From Chiloscyllium plagiosum (Eukaryota), in the NCBI RefSeq assembly GCF_004010195.1, contig NC_057752.1, positions 8,687,616-8,751,615 of the forward strand: DNA of 64,000 bases. Direction: 5' to 3'. This document shows positions 39,960 through 52,455 of this stretch, piece by piece (positions within the stretch are counted from its first letter, which is position 1; every line of letters starts with the position of its first letter). Made by a program: the position numbers and the translations under genes. The notes beneath the pieces were generated by a model that saw nothing but the letters and a program-made list of their open reading frames with translations, did not search any database and had not been told where the DNA came from.

Positions 39960-40736
39960 TGGAATGGGAGTGGCAGCATTCGGTCTACTGAGCCCAGGGC
40001 TCATCCACTTCCATCTGCTGGGTTTTGTTTTCTCTTTTTACTTTTTCTTTACAAGTCTTTTCTGTTACCTTTCCATCTCAATTGCAACGGCATAGGTGAG
40101 AGCAGGCACTGCGTGGAATGGCGGACCAAGAGGGCAGCATGGGCCTGGGGAGTGGCAAAGCCAAGTAAATGACAAAGGAGGTGTCCAGTGACCGCCACAG
40201 CAACGCTAGGACAAAGTGAACTTGCCTCAACCCCAACTTGAGGTCCCCCAGCGAGCAGGTCCCAGGCTTAATCCCCTGGTCCAGACTCAGGCTGAGCCAA
40301 GGCTCCAGGTGCACAGCTAAGCTTGAGCACCTGACAGCAGAGGCGGTGGCTGGTTTGCTCCTGGTGCAGGACCCTGCAGCACCAGCTGCATTTGCAAGGT
40401 TGGCCCAGCAAGAATTCATGGCAGCAGTGCCACTGATGGAGGAGAGATGGCGCCGGTGAGTGGAGACTCTTCTTCCAGCAGCAGTGTATCCGTTTAGCAG
40501 CAGGGGTGGAGAAGCTCTGATTCAGGCCTATAACTAAACTAGAAGCAAGGGCCAAAGACCACCTAACTTAATCGAGATAGAACTATAAAGATGAATTTCA
40601 TGCTTTTATTTTTCTGGCTTTATATTCTATGTTTTGGTTTATTTTTTGTGTTTTAAGGTGGCACCAGAGAGTGGTGACTAAAGAACACTTTTCATTGTGT
40701 TTGCAATAAATATATGCCAATAAATAGAATCAAATC
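39960..40736 (+). mobile_element. ~780-bp non-autonomous retroposon, same family as 30452-31236
   Basis: Shared 5' ctgagcc..gggct..tccact plus T-rich tract; shared 3' ctttatattctatgttttggtttatt...gagagtggtgac...caataaata.aatcaa. Confidence 0.65.
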
Positions 40737-41029
40737 ACTTTCTCCTGGAAGTAATTTCTGGAGCCTTTGACAGTCAGGAAAGAGAAAACAAAATGTGTGT
40801 GTTACATTTGTACGTTAAGGTATTGTGGGAAGGTGGGAATGTTATTGAGGACTGGACTAGTGCAGACTGATTGGTGTGTTTGAAATGCTGAAAAAGGAGA
40901 AATGGAGGGGAGATGGTAGAAACAGAGGTTAATCTGTTGAATATGGAGGCTGGTAGGGCCTAAGGAAAACCCAATCATGGCTCTGGGAGGGAGAGGAAAG
41001 GACAAGAGCAAAAAAAAGGACAGATGTAG

Positions 41030-43860
41030 TGAAGAGGCTGCTCTGCCATTCATCACGACCATGGCTGATCATCCAACTCAATAGCCTAATCCTGCTTTCT
41101 CCCCATTACCTTTGATCCCATTCGCCCCAAGTGCTATGCCCAGGTGTCTCTTGAATACATTCAATGTATTAGCATCAACTACTTCCTGTGGTAATGAATT
41201 CCACAGGCTCGCCATGGTCTCATCTCCATCCTAAATGGTCCACCCAGAATCCTCAGACTATGACCGCTGGTTCTGGAGTCACCCATCATCAGGAACATTC
41301 TCCCTGCATGAAACTTGTCTAGACCTGTTAGAAGTTTAAAAGTCTCTATGAGATCCCATCCATTCATCTGAACTCCAGTGAAAACAACCGTAACCTAGTC
41401 AGTCAGTTAATCTCTTCATCCGTCAGTCCTGCCATGCCCAGAATCAGCCTGGGAAACCCTCTCTGCACTCCCTCGAGAGCAGGAGCATCCTTCCTCAGAA
41501 AAAGGAAGCCAAAACTGCCCACAATATTCTAGGTATGGCTTCACTAAGGCCTGAAGAAGGGCCTGTGCCCGAAACGTCGAATCTCCTGTTCCCTGGATGC
41601 TGCCTGACCTGCTGTGCTGTTCCAGCAATAAAGTTTCAACTTCACTAAGGCCTGTATAGCTGTAACAACACATCCCTGTACTTGTACTCAAAACCTCTCT
41701 CAATGAAGGCCAACATACCATTTGCCTTCTTTACCACCTGCTGTACCTGCATACTTACCTTCAGCAACTGGTGCACAAGGACACCCGGGTCCCGCTGCAA
41801 ACTCCTCTCCCCCCATTTACAGCCAGCCATTCAGGTAGTAAACTGACCTTCTTGTTTTTGCTTCCAAAGTGAAAAACCTCATTTATCCAAAATTAGACTG
41901 CATCTACCATTGATTTGCCCACTCACCCAAACTGTCCAAATCATGCTGAAGGATTTCTGCATCCTCACAGTTCACCCTCCCACTTAACTTTCTACAGTCT
42001 CCAAACTTTGAGATGTTACATTTTGTTCCTGCATCCAAAATCATTAATATACATTGAGCAGCTGGGGTTCTAGCACCAATCCCTATGGCACCATTAGTTA
42101 CTGCTTGCCAATTTGAAAAAGGACCCATTAATTTCTACTGTTTCCTATCCATCTCAATATATTTCCCCCAAACCGATGTGCTTTAATCTTGCACAATAAT
42201 CTTTAACGTCGGACTTTTGACAAACGCTTTCTGAAAGCCCAAATATACCACATCGATGAGCTCCTCTTGTCAACTCTATTAGCTGCATCTTCATAGAATT
42301 CCAACAGCATGATTTTCCCTTCACAAATCCATGGTGACTGTCTGATTTTGCCACTGCTTTCTAAATGCTCCGCTATAAAGTCCTTGATAATGGATTTGAG
42401 AACATTTCCCACTACCGATGTTAGACTTGCTGGTCTATAATTCTCTGGTTTCTCTCTACCTCCCTTTTTGAATATTGGAGTAAGATGAACTACCCTCCAA
42501 TCTGTAGGGAGTTTTCCAGAGTCTACAGACTCCTGGAAGATGACCACCTGTGCATCTACTATTTCTAGAGCCACTTCCTTAAATACTCTGGCATATAGGT
42601 AATCAGGCCCTGGGAATTTATCTGCCTTCAATCCCACCAAATTTTCCCAGCACCATTTCTCCACTATTATTGATCTCCCTCAGTTCTTCCCTCTCACTAA
42701 AGCTTGCGTTCTCCAACATTTCTGGTATCTGGTTTGTGTCGTCTTTTGTGAAGAGAGCCAATATATGTATTTAGTTGCTCAGCCATCTCATTGTCTCCGG
42801 TTATATATTCCCCTGTTTGTCTGTATTGGGCTGACATTTGTTTTCCCTAATCTCTTCCTCTTTAGGTATCTAAAGAAACTCTTAGTGTCAGTCCTTATTT
42901 ACCCTGCAAGCTTACTTTCATACTGTATTTTCCCCTTCTTAATCAATCCCTGGGTCCTTCTTTGCTGAATTCTAAACTGCTCCCAATCCTCAGACCTTTT
43001 TTTGGTCAATCTACATGCTTCTTCATTGGATCAGATATGGTCTCTATTTTCCTTTGTAATCCATGGATTGGCCCTCTTACCAATGTTGCTTTTGTGCTGG
43101 ACTGGACAAGAATAAAAGTTGTTCCAGTTCCCCCATGCACTCCTTGAATGTTTCCCATTGCCTATCCACTGTCATCCCTTTAAGTAACTCTCCCAAATCT
43201 ATCAAGGCCAACTCAAGCCTCATAACTTCATAGTTTCCTTTAAGATTCAGCATCCTTGTTGCTGAAACAACTATTTCACTCTCCATCTTGATAAACAAAT
43301 TCTATGTATGGTCTCTTATCCCCAAGGGGTCTTGCACAGCCAGATTGGTAATGATTCCCTTCTCACTACACAGTACCCACTAAGATGGCTTACTCTCTAG
43401 CTTGTTCTTCCACATATTGGTCAAGAAAACCATCCTGTATACACTCCAGGAATTCTTCTTCTACATCATTGTGGCCAATTTGATTTGCCCAATCAGTGTG
43501 CAGATTAAAATCACCCATGATCAGATATTCCCTTATCACATGCATCTCTAATTTCCTGTTCAATGCCATTTCCAACATCACCACTGAGGTTTGGGAGTCT
43601 ATATATGACACCCACTAACATTTTTTTTGCTCTATGGCATTTCTCAACTCTCTCCATACAGACTCCACATTATCAGAGCTAAGATCCTTTTTCACTATTG
43701 TGAGAATTTCCTCTTTAACCAGCAATGTCACTCCACCACCTTTTCCTTTTTGCCAGTCCTTCTTAAATACTGAATACCCAGGATGTTCAGTTCCTATCTG
43801 TGATCACCCTGCAGCCATGTGTCCGTAATCCCAATCATATCGTACCCATTTACATAAATC
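41030..43860 (-). mobile_element. CR1 LINE, decayed ORF2 (APE + RT) and 3' UTR
   Basis: IMGDFNLH, PGPDYLYARVFKE, PIFKKGGREKPENYRPASLTSVVG, KKANGMLAFIERG. Confidence 0.95.
41551..41639 (+). mobile_element. ~86-bp PLE family C micro-insertion (hammerhead core plus short 3' repeat)
   Basis: CTGAAGA-a-gggc-ctgt-gccc-GAA-ACGT-C; perfect 15-bp TSD cttcactaaggcctg at 41539-41553 and 41640-41654. Confidence 0.88.
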
Positions 43861-44319
43861 TTACAATGATTTGGATCTTGGTGGAAAGGGGCAATTTCAA
43901 AGATTGCAAATGACTCAATACTCAGACTGTGTACTGTGAGGTAGATAACAGAATTTCAAAAGGACATTAACAAATTGGTGGAAAGGGCAGAAAGGTGGCA
44001 GATGAAGTTCAATGCAGCATGGAGTGAGGCAATATACTTTGGTCAGAAGAAAATTGAAAGACCACACAAAAATAGGGGATACAATACTAAAGGGGGTGCA
44101 GGAGCAGAAGACCTGTGTATATGTATGCACAGATCATTTAAAAGGTAACAGAATAGGTGGAGACAGCAGTTAAGAAAACATATAGCATTGTCAGCTTTAT
44201 TAATAGGGGCATAAAGTACAAAAGCAGAGAAATTATTTTGAATTTATACAACTCGCCTTTAACACTTAGCTGGGAAATTGTGTAGTTGTAGATGCCATAC
44301 TATAGGAAAGATATGAGAG

Positions 44320-44320
<1 letters not shown>
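43860..44320 (+). mobile_element. Old CR1 RT C-terminal fragment
   Basis: aatttcaaagattgcaaatgac (ISKFAD-like), ggtggcagatgaagttcaatgca, ggtgcaggagcagaagacc. Confidence 0.8.
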
Positions 44321-44322
<2 letters not shown>

Positions 44323-44396
<74 letters not shown>

Positions 44397-45030
44397 ANNN
44401 NNNNNNNNNNNNNNNNNNNNNNNNNNNNNNNNNNNNNNNNNNNNNNNNNNNNNNNNNNNNNNNNNNNNNNNNNNNNNNNNNNNNNNNNNNNNNNNNNNNN
44501 NNNNNNNNNNNNNNNNNNNNNNNNNNNNNNNNNNNNNNNNNNNNNNNNNNNNNNNNNNNNNNNNNNNNNNNNNNNNNNNNNNNNNNNNNNNNNNNNNNNN
44601 NNNNNNNNNNNNNNNNNNNNNNNNNNNNNNNNNNNNNNNNNNNNNNNNNNNNNNNNNNNNNNNNNNNNNNNNNNNNNNNNNNNNNNNNNNNNNNNNNNNN
44701 NNNNNNNNNNNNNNNNNNNNNNNNNNNNNNNNNNNNNNNNNNNNNNNNNNNNNNNNNNNNNNNNNNNNNNNNNNNNNNNNNNNNNNNNNNNNNNNNNNNN
44801 NNNNNNNNNNNNNNNNNNNNNNNNNNNNNNNNNNNNNNNNNNNNNNNNNNNNNNNNNNNNNNNNNNNNNNNNNNNNNNNNNNNNNNNNNNNNNNNNNNNN
44901 NNNNNNNNNNNNNNNNNNNNNNNNNNNNNNNNNNNNNNNNNNNNNNNNNNNNNNNNNNNNNNNNNNNNNNNNNNNNNNNNNNNNNNNNNNNNNNNNAGAG
45001 AGAGAGAGAAAGATGAGAGAGAGAAAGATG
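44323..45030. repeat. (GA)n microsatellite spanning an assembly gap
   Basis: GA repeats on both sides of the N run 44398-44996. Confidence 0.9.
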
Positions 45031-45039
45031 GGAGAGTGG

Positions 45040-47738
45040 AAGGGGACTAATATACTGGCAGGGAGATTTGCGAGAGCTACTCGGGAGGATTTAAACTAGT
45101 AAGGCAGGGAGGTAGGACATGGAGATAGTGAGGAAAGATTTCAATCTGAGACTGGTACAGTTGAGAACAAAAGGGAGTCAAACAGTCAGGGCAGGCAGGA
45201 ACAAAGCAGATAACAAGGTAGGACTGATAAATTAAACTACATTTATTTCAATGCAAGGGACCTAACAGGGAAGACCGATGAACTCAGGGCATGGTTAGGA
45301 ACAAGGGACTGGGATATCATACCAATTACAGAAACATGGCCCAGGGATGGGTAGGACTGGCAGCTTAATGTTCCAGGATACAAATGCTACAGGAAGGACA
45401 GAAAGGGAGGAGGGGGAGTGGCATTTTTGATAAGGGAATAGCATTAAAGCTGTACATCCAGGGAAGTTATTTGGATGGAATTGAGAAATAGGAAAGGGAT
45501 GATTGGGATTGTATTATAAACCCCCCTCCCCCCACCAATAGTCAGAGGGAAATTGAGAAACAAATTTGTAAGGAGATCTCTAGGTGGTTATGGTAGGGGA
45601 TTTTAGCTTTCCAAATATAGACTGGGACTGCCATAGTTAAGGGTTTTGATGGAGAGGAATTTGTTAAGTGTGTACAAGACAATTTTCTGATTCAGTATGT
45701 GGATGTACCTACTAGAGAAGGTGCAAAACTTGACCCACCCTTGGGAAATAAGGCAGGGCAGGTGACTGAGGTGTCAATGGGGGAGCACTTTGGGGCCAGC
45801 GACTATAATTCTATTCGTTTTAAAATAGTGATGGAAAAGGATAGACCAGATCTAAAAGTTGAAGTTCTAAATTGGAGAAAGGCCAATTTTGATGGTATTA
45901 GGGAAGAACTTTCAAAAGCTGATTGGAGGCACATGTTCACAGGTAACTGGACAGCTGTAAAATGGGAAGCCTTCAGAAATGAGATGAAATAATGAGAGTT
46001 CAGAGAAAATATACTCCTGTTAGGGTGAAAGGGAAGGCTGGTAGGTATAGGGAATGCTGGATGACTAAAGAAATTGAGGGTTTGGTTAAGAAAAAGGAGG
46101 AAGCATATGTCAGGTATAGACAGGACAGATCAAGTGAATCCTTAGAAGAGTATAAAGGAAGTAGGAGTATACTTGAGGGAAATCAGGAGAGGAAAAGGGG
46201 ACATGAGATGGCTTTGGCAAATAGAATTAAGGAGAATCCAAAGGAATTTTACAAATAAATTAAGGACAAAAGGGTAACTAGGGAGAGAATTAGGGCCCCT
46301 CAAAGGTCAGCAAGGCAAGCTTTGTGTGGAACCGCAGGAGATGGGGGGAGATGGTAAATGAGTATTTTGCATCAGTATTTACTGTGGAGAAGGAGATGGA
46401 AGATATAGAATGTAGGGAAATAGATGGTACATGTATTTGAAAAGGCAAGGACTGATTAGAGATAGTCAACATGGCTTTATGTATGGAAAATCATGTCTCA
46501 CAAACTTGATTGAATTTTCTGAAGAACTAACAAAAGAGGACTGATGAGGGCAGAGCGGTAGATGTAATTTATATGAACTTCAGTAAGGCGATCGACATGG
46601 TTATCCATGGGAGACTAGTTAGCAAGGATAGATCTCACGGAATACAGGGAGAACTTGCTATTTGGATATAGAACTGGCTCAAAGGTAGAAGACAGAGGGT
46701 GGTGGTGGAGGGTTGCTTTTCAGACTGGAGGCCTGTGACCAGTGGAATGCCACTAGGATCGGTGCTGGGTCCACTACTTTTCATCATTTATATAAATGAT
46801 TTGGATGGGAGCATAAGAGGTGCAGTTAGTAAGTTTGCAGAGGACACCAAAATTGGAGGTGTAGTGGACAGCAAAGAAGGTTACCTCAGATTACAATGGG
46901 ATTTTGATCAGATGGGCCAATGGGCTGAGAAGTGGCAGATGGAGTTTAGTTTAGGTAAATGTGAGGTGCTGCATTTTGGGAAAGCAAATTTTAGCAGGAC
47001 TTATACACTTAATGGTAAGGTCCCAGTGAGTGTTGCTGAACAAAGAGACCTTTGTGTAGGTTCATAGCTCCTTGAAAGTAGAGTCGCAGGTAGATAGGAT
47101 AGTGAAGATGTTTGGTATGCTTTCCTTTATTGGTCAGAGTATTGAGTACAGGAGTTGGGAGGTCATGTTGTGGCTGTACAGGACATTGGTTAGGCCAATG
47201 TTGGAATATTGCGTGCAATTCTGGTCTCCTTCCTATCGGAAAGATGATGTGAAACTTGAAAGGGTTCAGAAAAGATTTAAGGATGTTGCCAGGGTTGGAG
47301 GATTTGAGCTATAGAGAGAGGTTGAAAAGGCTGGGGCTATTTTCCCTGGAGCGTTGGAGGCTGAGGGGTGACCTTATAGAGGTCTATAAAATCATGAGGG
47401 GCGTGGATAGGATAAATAGGCAAAGTCTTTTCCCTGGGGTGGGGGAGTCCAGAACTAGAGGGCATAGGTTTAAGGTGAGAGGGTAAAGATATAAAAGGGA
47501 CCTAAGGGGCAACTTTTTCACACAGAGGGTGGTGTGTGTATGGAATGAGCTGCTAGAGAAAGTGGTGGAGTCTAGTACAATTGCAACATTTAAAAAGGCA
47601 TCTGGATAGGTATATGAATAGGAAGGGTTTGGAGGGATATGGGCCAGGTGCTGGCAGGTGGGACTGGATTGGGATATCTGGTTAGCATGGACGAGTTGGA
47701 CCGAAGCGTCTGTTTCAGTGCTGAACATCTCTATGACT
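45040..47738 (+). mobile_element. CR1 (HER1-like) LINE: ORF1 end, decayed ORF2 with internal deletion (~46435), 3' UTR
   Basis: GTNILAGRFARATREDLN*; YFNARDLTGKTDELRAW; GEHFGASDYNSIRF; GSVLGPLLFIIYINDL; KFAEDTK; tail ctctatgact. Confidence 0.95.
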
Positions 47739-47744
47739 AAGTTA

Positions 47745-48041
47745 GAATTCCACCATAGATGGTGAAATTTGAATTCAATAGAAATCTAGAATTAAAAGCT
47801 GGTTAGTGGTGAACATTTTAACCATTGTCCACAGTCAAAGAAAGAAAGATATGGTTCATGAATGCCCTTTAGGGAAAGAAATCCACTCTTTGCCTGATCT
47901 GACCAACATGCGAGTCCAGACCCATAACGTGGTTGATTCATCACTGCCCTCTGAAATAGCAGGGTGAGCCAGTCAGCTTGAGGGCAAGAATGAATATTGG
48001 TCTCACTAGTAGCACCCACATTCCATGTAAGAATAAAAAAA
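47745..48041 (+). mobile_element. SINE body and tail (5' head truncated)
   Basis: ggttcatgaatgccctttagggaaagaaatc...gtggttgattcatcactgccctctgaaa...cccacattccatgtaagaataaaaaa. Confidence 0.7.
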
Positions 48042-48044
48042 GTT

Positions 48045-49422
48045 ATGACAGGGTAATGAAGTCATTAACTAGTGATGAAGGCAGAGCAGTCAACATTATT
48101 TACTTGGACTTTGTAAAACCTTTGACAAGGTTCTGCATGGTAGACTAATTAGTAAAGTTAGAACACAAGGGATTCAGAGTGAGCTTGCCAACTGAATACA
48201 AAATTGGTTTGACGATTGACGATACAGGGTGGTGGTGGTGGTGGGTTGTTTGTTTTTCGGACTGTAACCAGTGTTCCCCAGGGATTGGTGCTGAGTCCAC
48301 TTTTGTGTCATTTATATAAATGATTTAGATGAGAATAAAGAAGGCATGGTTAGTAAGTTTGCAGATGACACCAGTATTGGTGGTATAGTGGACAGTGAAG
48401 AAAGTTATCTAAGATTACAAAGATCTTGATCAATTGAGTCCATGGGCTGAAAAGTGGCAGATGGAGTTTAATTTGGATAAATGAGAGATACAGGTAGTTC
48501 TTCTAGAACGCGATGGTTGCATTCTTGTGCAACCTCACATTATAGAAAAATTGCGCTTTAGAAACAGGGCTTAAAGTGTTGGTGACGTAATCATGTTACA
48601 GCCAACACATTTTAAAAGTTCGCGCTTTAGAAACAGTGTCCCCAATCGGTCAATCGCATTACAGCAAATTCACATTAACAAAGTGCATGTTATAGCAAAA
48701 CGACCTGCATTGCATTTTGGCAAAACAAACAAAGGCAGAACTTGTACAATTAAAAGTAGGGCCTTGGGTAGTGTTGTAGAACAGAGAAACCCAGAAGTTA
48801 GTGTACATAATTCTTTGAAGTTTGCCTCATATATAGATAGGGTGGTTAAGGCAGCATTTAGTATGCTTGCTTCATTGCTCAGACCTTGAAGTTGGGACAT
48901 CATATTAATGTTATACAGGATGTTGGTGAGGTCTCTTCTGGAGTACTGTTTGCAAGTCTAGTCACCCTGTTATAGGAAGGATATTATTAATCTGGAGAGG
49001 GTTCAGAAGAGATTTACCAGGATGTCACTGTGAATGGAGGGTTTGAGTTATAAAGAAAGGCAGGATGGGCTGAAGCGTAGGAGGTTGAAGGCTGACCTTA
49101 GAGGTTTATAAAATCATAAGGGGTATAGATATGGTGAATTGTAGGCATCTTTTCCCTAGGAGTAGGGGATTTCAAAACTAGGACTTTTTTTTTTAAAAAA
49201 AGTAGACAAAGATTTAAAAAGACATGGGTGCATTTTTTTAAAAAAAAAGCAGACTGGTTCATATGTGGAATGAATTTCCAGAGGAAGTGGTGGATGGAAG
49301 TACAGTTACAACATTTAAAAGACGTTTAGATAAGTACAATGAATAGGAAATGTTTGGAGGGATGTGAGCTAAGTGCAGGCAAATGGGATGAGCTTATTTG
49401 GGATTATGATTGGCATGGAATG
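48045..49422 (+). mobile_element. CR1 LINE RT to 3' end, interrupted by a MITE
   Basis: gttccccagggattggtgctg (VPQG), aagtttgcagatgacacc (KFADDT), CR1 3' UTR. Confidence 0.9.
48491..48707. mobile_element. 217-bp Tc1/mariner-pogo-type MITE
   Basis: TIRs caggtagttcttctagaac / gttatagcaaaacgacctg; TA on the left and CA on the right; removing it restores the CR1 E-[IV]-LHFGK motif. Confidence 0.8.
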
Positions 49423-49424
49423 GT

Positions 49425-49510
49425 TACAGATGCTGCCAGATCTGCCGAGCTTCTCCAACACCACATTTTTTTTTTCAGATTTCCAGCATCTGCAATTCTG
49501 TGTGTTATGT
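49425..49510 (+). mobile_element. PLE 3' tail fragment
   Basis: cagatgctgccagatctgccgagc..cagatttccagcatctgca matches 6098-6175. Confidence 0.65.
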
Positions 49511-49938
49511 TACTGCAGCTGAAAGTTTCCTAGATTCGCAACTGACAAGGTCACAGATAGGTAGTCAAACCTGTTTCCTTTACACATCAAGGAAGTAGGA
49601 GAAGGGCTTTCTGCATTTTCAGTTACAAGGTTATTTCTCCCCAAGCCAAGGAAACAGCTTGCATAATCACTCAGATTAAAAAGGAAAGTTTTGACAATGC
49701 TTTTAAGCATCAATAGATTTTTTAAAACTCAACCACAAACAGAGTATTAAGTTCCCATTGCTGTGTTCCTTTATTGATCTTTAATTGCCACATGCAAATT
49801 GTTTTACAAAAACGCATGATTTTGGAAAATAAAGCATTCTTTGCCTTTGAACATAATCGATTTTATTAAATACTCAGATTTACAAAGACCTAGCAAGTGC
49901 ATGTTTGACTCAAATTATAGGAAACATCAAATCCCTCC

Positions 49939-49940
<2 letters not shown>

Positions 49941-49969
<29 letters not shown>

Positions 49970-49977
49970 AGGGGGGA
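49941..49977. repeat. poly-G tract
   Basis: ~36 G with one A interruption. Confidence 0.9.
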
Positions 49978-51051
49978 CTGATTTCAGCTCCTGAATTTGA
50001 CCAGAGGGAAAATGTCACTCAATTATTGTGTTTTCTTCCCCCCCCCACCCCCCAACCCAGTGCAGAGACTGAATCAGACTGGATCTATGGGCTTCTTTGC
50101 TTGCTTTGAGCACTGATGTATCCATTTTTTGAACTTGGCCCCCTCAGATGCCAGGGACACATGACTGCTGTCTTGCCGAAACAAAGTCAAGAAGCTCGTC
50201 ACATGTCAGCAAATGTCAGTCAAGATAAGAGATAGCTTTTGTTCAGAGGCTCCCGACATAGTAAATCCCATCTTACAAGACCTCCAGGAACCTGAAAAGC
50301 AAGCTGCCAATTTCCCCTTCTGCCCTATCCAGGGCAAGTATCAGCAATTGCACAGGGAGCTCTGGACTGATAGCACTAGTCCAGGTATACAAAAGAGCTT
50401 TTAAAAAGGTGGCATGGACACAAGGGGTGCTGATGAATCCAGGATATCCACTGAGTGGAGAATTGTTCTGGGAACAGCACATGGCAATATGGGGCCAGAA
50501 TTAGATTGGAGATATACCACAGGTGCTCGGTAGATAATTAAAAAAAAAGAGACAAGATTGACAAAGTACAGTGAGAAGTCTTGCTTTGTCTCATGGTGAC
50601 AAACCCTCAAATTCTCAGCACAGTTCAGACTTCAAAAAATAAAGTAGGATTTGGTCCTTCGTCCTCTAACTGGGCAAGACACCAAAATTCAAAACTTTAG
50701 GATAAACTTATGGAACCTTGATCATCAGGCAGTCACCTGTGTTGCAAGTAACAGAATTTGCTCTCACTCATTGGTGTTAAACCGAAAGGAAACACGGCAA
50801 AATAAATCTCACGCTAAATGCTAGAATTCAAATCACAAAGGGAATCAGGACTACAGAATCACAACTATCCAATCTGCAAAACCAAGGATTTTGAACTAAC
50901 TGCTTACCAAAATTATTACCAGGAACTTCCACTATAATGGGCACATTGCTCAACTACCTGATCTTTGTAAGCATTTCAGAGAGCCATATATTTTTAAACT
51001 TGTATCTTTTGGACTTGCTTTATTTCTAATCTGCATTTTGAAATAACTCCA

Positions 51052-52455
51052 AGGTAGACAGGCAGGAGGCTGGAAGAACACAGCAAACCAGGCAGCATCA
51101 GGAGATGGAGAAGTCGACGTTTCAGGTGTAACCCTTCTTCAGGGCTGGGGGTGGGTGTGGGGGGAGCTGCAGATAAAGGGGGTGGTGGGGGCAGGGAATA
51201 GGTGAAGACAGGTAGAGGGTACAACCNNNNNNNNNNNNNNNNNNNNNNNNNNNNNNNNNNNNNNNNNNNNNNNNNNNNNNNNNNNNNNNNNNNNNNNNNN
51301 NNNNNNNNNNNNNNNNNNNNNNNNNNNNNNNNNNNNNNNNNNNNNNNNNNNNNNNNNNNNNNNNNNNNNNNNNNNNNNNNNNNNNNNNNNNNNNNNNNNN
51401 NNNNNNNNNNNNNNNNNNNNNNNNNNNNNNNNNNNNNNNNNNNNNNNNNNNNNNNNNNNNNNNNNNNNNNNNNNNNNNNNNNNNNNNNNNNNNNNNNNNN
51501 NNNNNNNNNNNNNNNNNNNNNNNNNNNNNNNNNNNNNNNNNNNNNNNNNNNNNNNNNNNNNNNNNNNNNNNNNNNNNNNNNNNNNNNNNNNNNNNNNNNN
51601 NNNNNNNNNNNNNNNNNNNNNNNNNNNNNNNNNNNNNNNNNNNNNNNNNNNNNNNNNNNNNNNNNNNNNNNNNNNNNNNNNNNNNNNNNNNNNNNNNNNN
51701 NNNNNNNNNNNNNNNNNNNNNNNNNNNNNNNNNNNNNNNNNNNNNNNAGCAGTGGAATGGGGAATGGAGGTGGTGTGGTGGAGGCTTGTCTTGATGACAG
51801 AGGGCGAAAAACCATGTTGTTCAAAATAGGTGGATATCTGGAGTGGAATGTTTCGTCAGAACGGATGCAGAGAAATTGGGAAAACAGGATCGAGTTCTGT
51901 CAGGATACTGGGTGGGAGGAGGTGTAGTCCAGGTAGTTATGGAAGTCTGTGGGTTTGTAGTAAACGTCAGTCCGTAAACTGTCACTGAAGATAGAAATAG
52001 AGGGGTCAGGAAAGGGGAGGGAGGTGTCCGAGATGGACCAAGTGAATTTAAGGGCAGGTGGAAGTTGTGGGCCAAGTCGATGAACTGCTCCAGTTCAGCC
52101 TGGTTGCAGGACATTGCACCGATGCAGTCATCAATGTAATGGCATTAGAGTTGAGGCACAATGCCTGTGTAGGTACTGAAGAGGGACTGTTCAACATAGC
52201 CAAAGAGGCAGGCCCATCTTGGTGCCCATGGCCACTCTCCTGGATTTGGAGCAAATGGGAAGAGTTGAAGGAAAAGTTGAGGGTAAGGACCAGTTCGACT
52301 GTGTGGAAGAGGTTATTGGTGGAGGGGAACTGGATGGGTCTGTTGGAGAAGAAGACATTGAGAGCCATCCTTAGGGGAATGGATGTGTATAAGGACTGCA
52401 CGTCCATAGTGAAGATAACACGCTGGCGGCCAGGAAACTGGAAGTTACTGAAGAG
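51052..52455 (-). mobile_element. Coding PLE of the family C lineage, spanning an assembly gap
   Basis: Minus: MDVQSLYTSIP, HYIDDCIG (RT catalytic motif); 3' repeat with ctgaagaagggttacacctgaaacgtcgac at ~51114-51143. Confidence 0.88.

Larger units (their letters stand above)
37860..41020 (-). mobile_element. Old PLE remnant split by nested insertions
   Basis: 3' repeat with decayed hammerhead at 37860-37965; endonuclease C-terminus KLEEQNIAF*LCTLQPSGLNN at ~39680-39745; continues past 40736. Confidence 0.6.

Noticed and set aside
44321..45016. 231-aa ORF
   Set aside because: Runs through (GA)n and an N gap
49941..50056. poly-G followed by a C-rich tract (G4 or hairpin)
   Set aside because: Homopolymer length is unreliable and there is no supporting context
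50994..51927. Long ORFs on both strands
   Set aside because: Mostly N gap within a PLE
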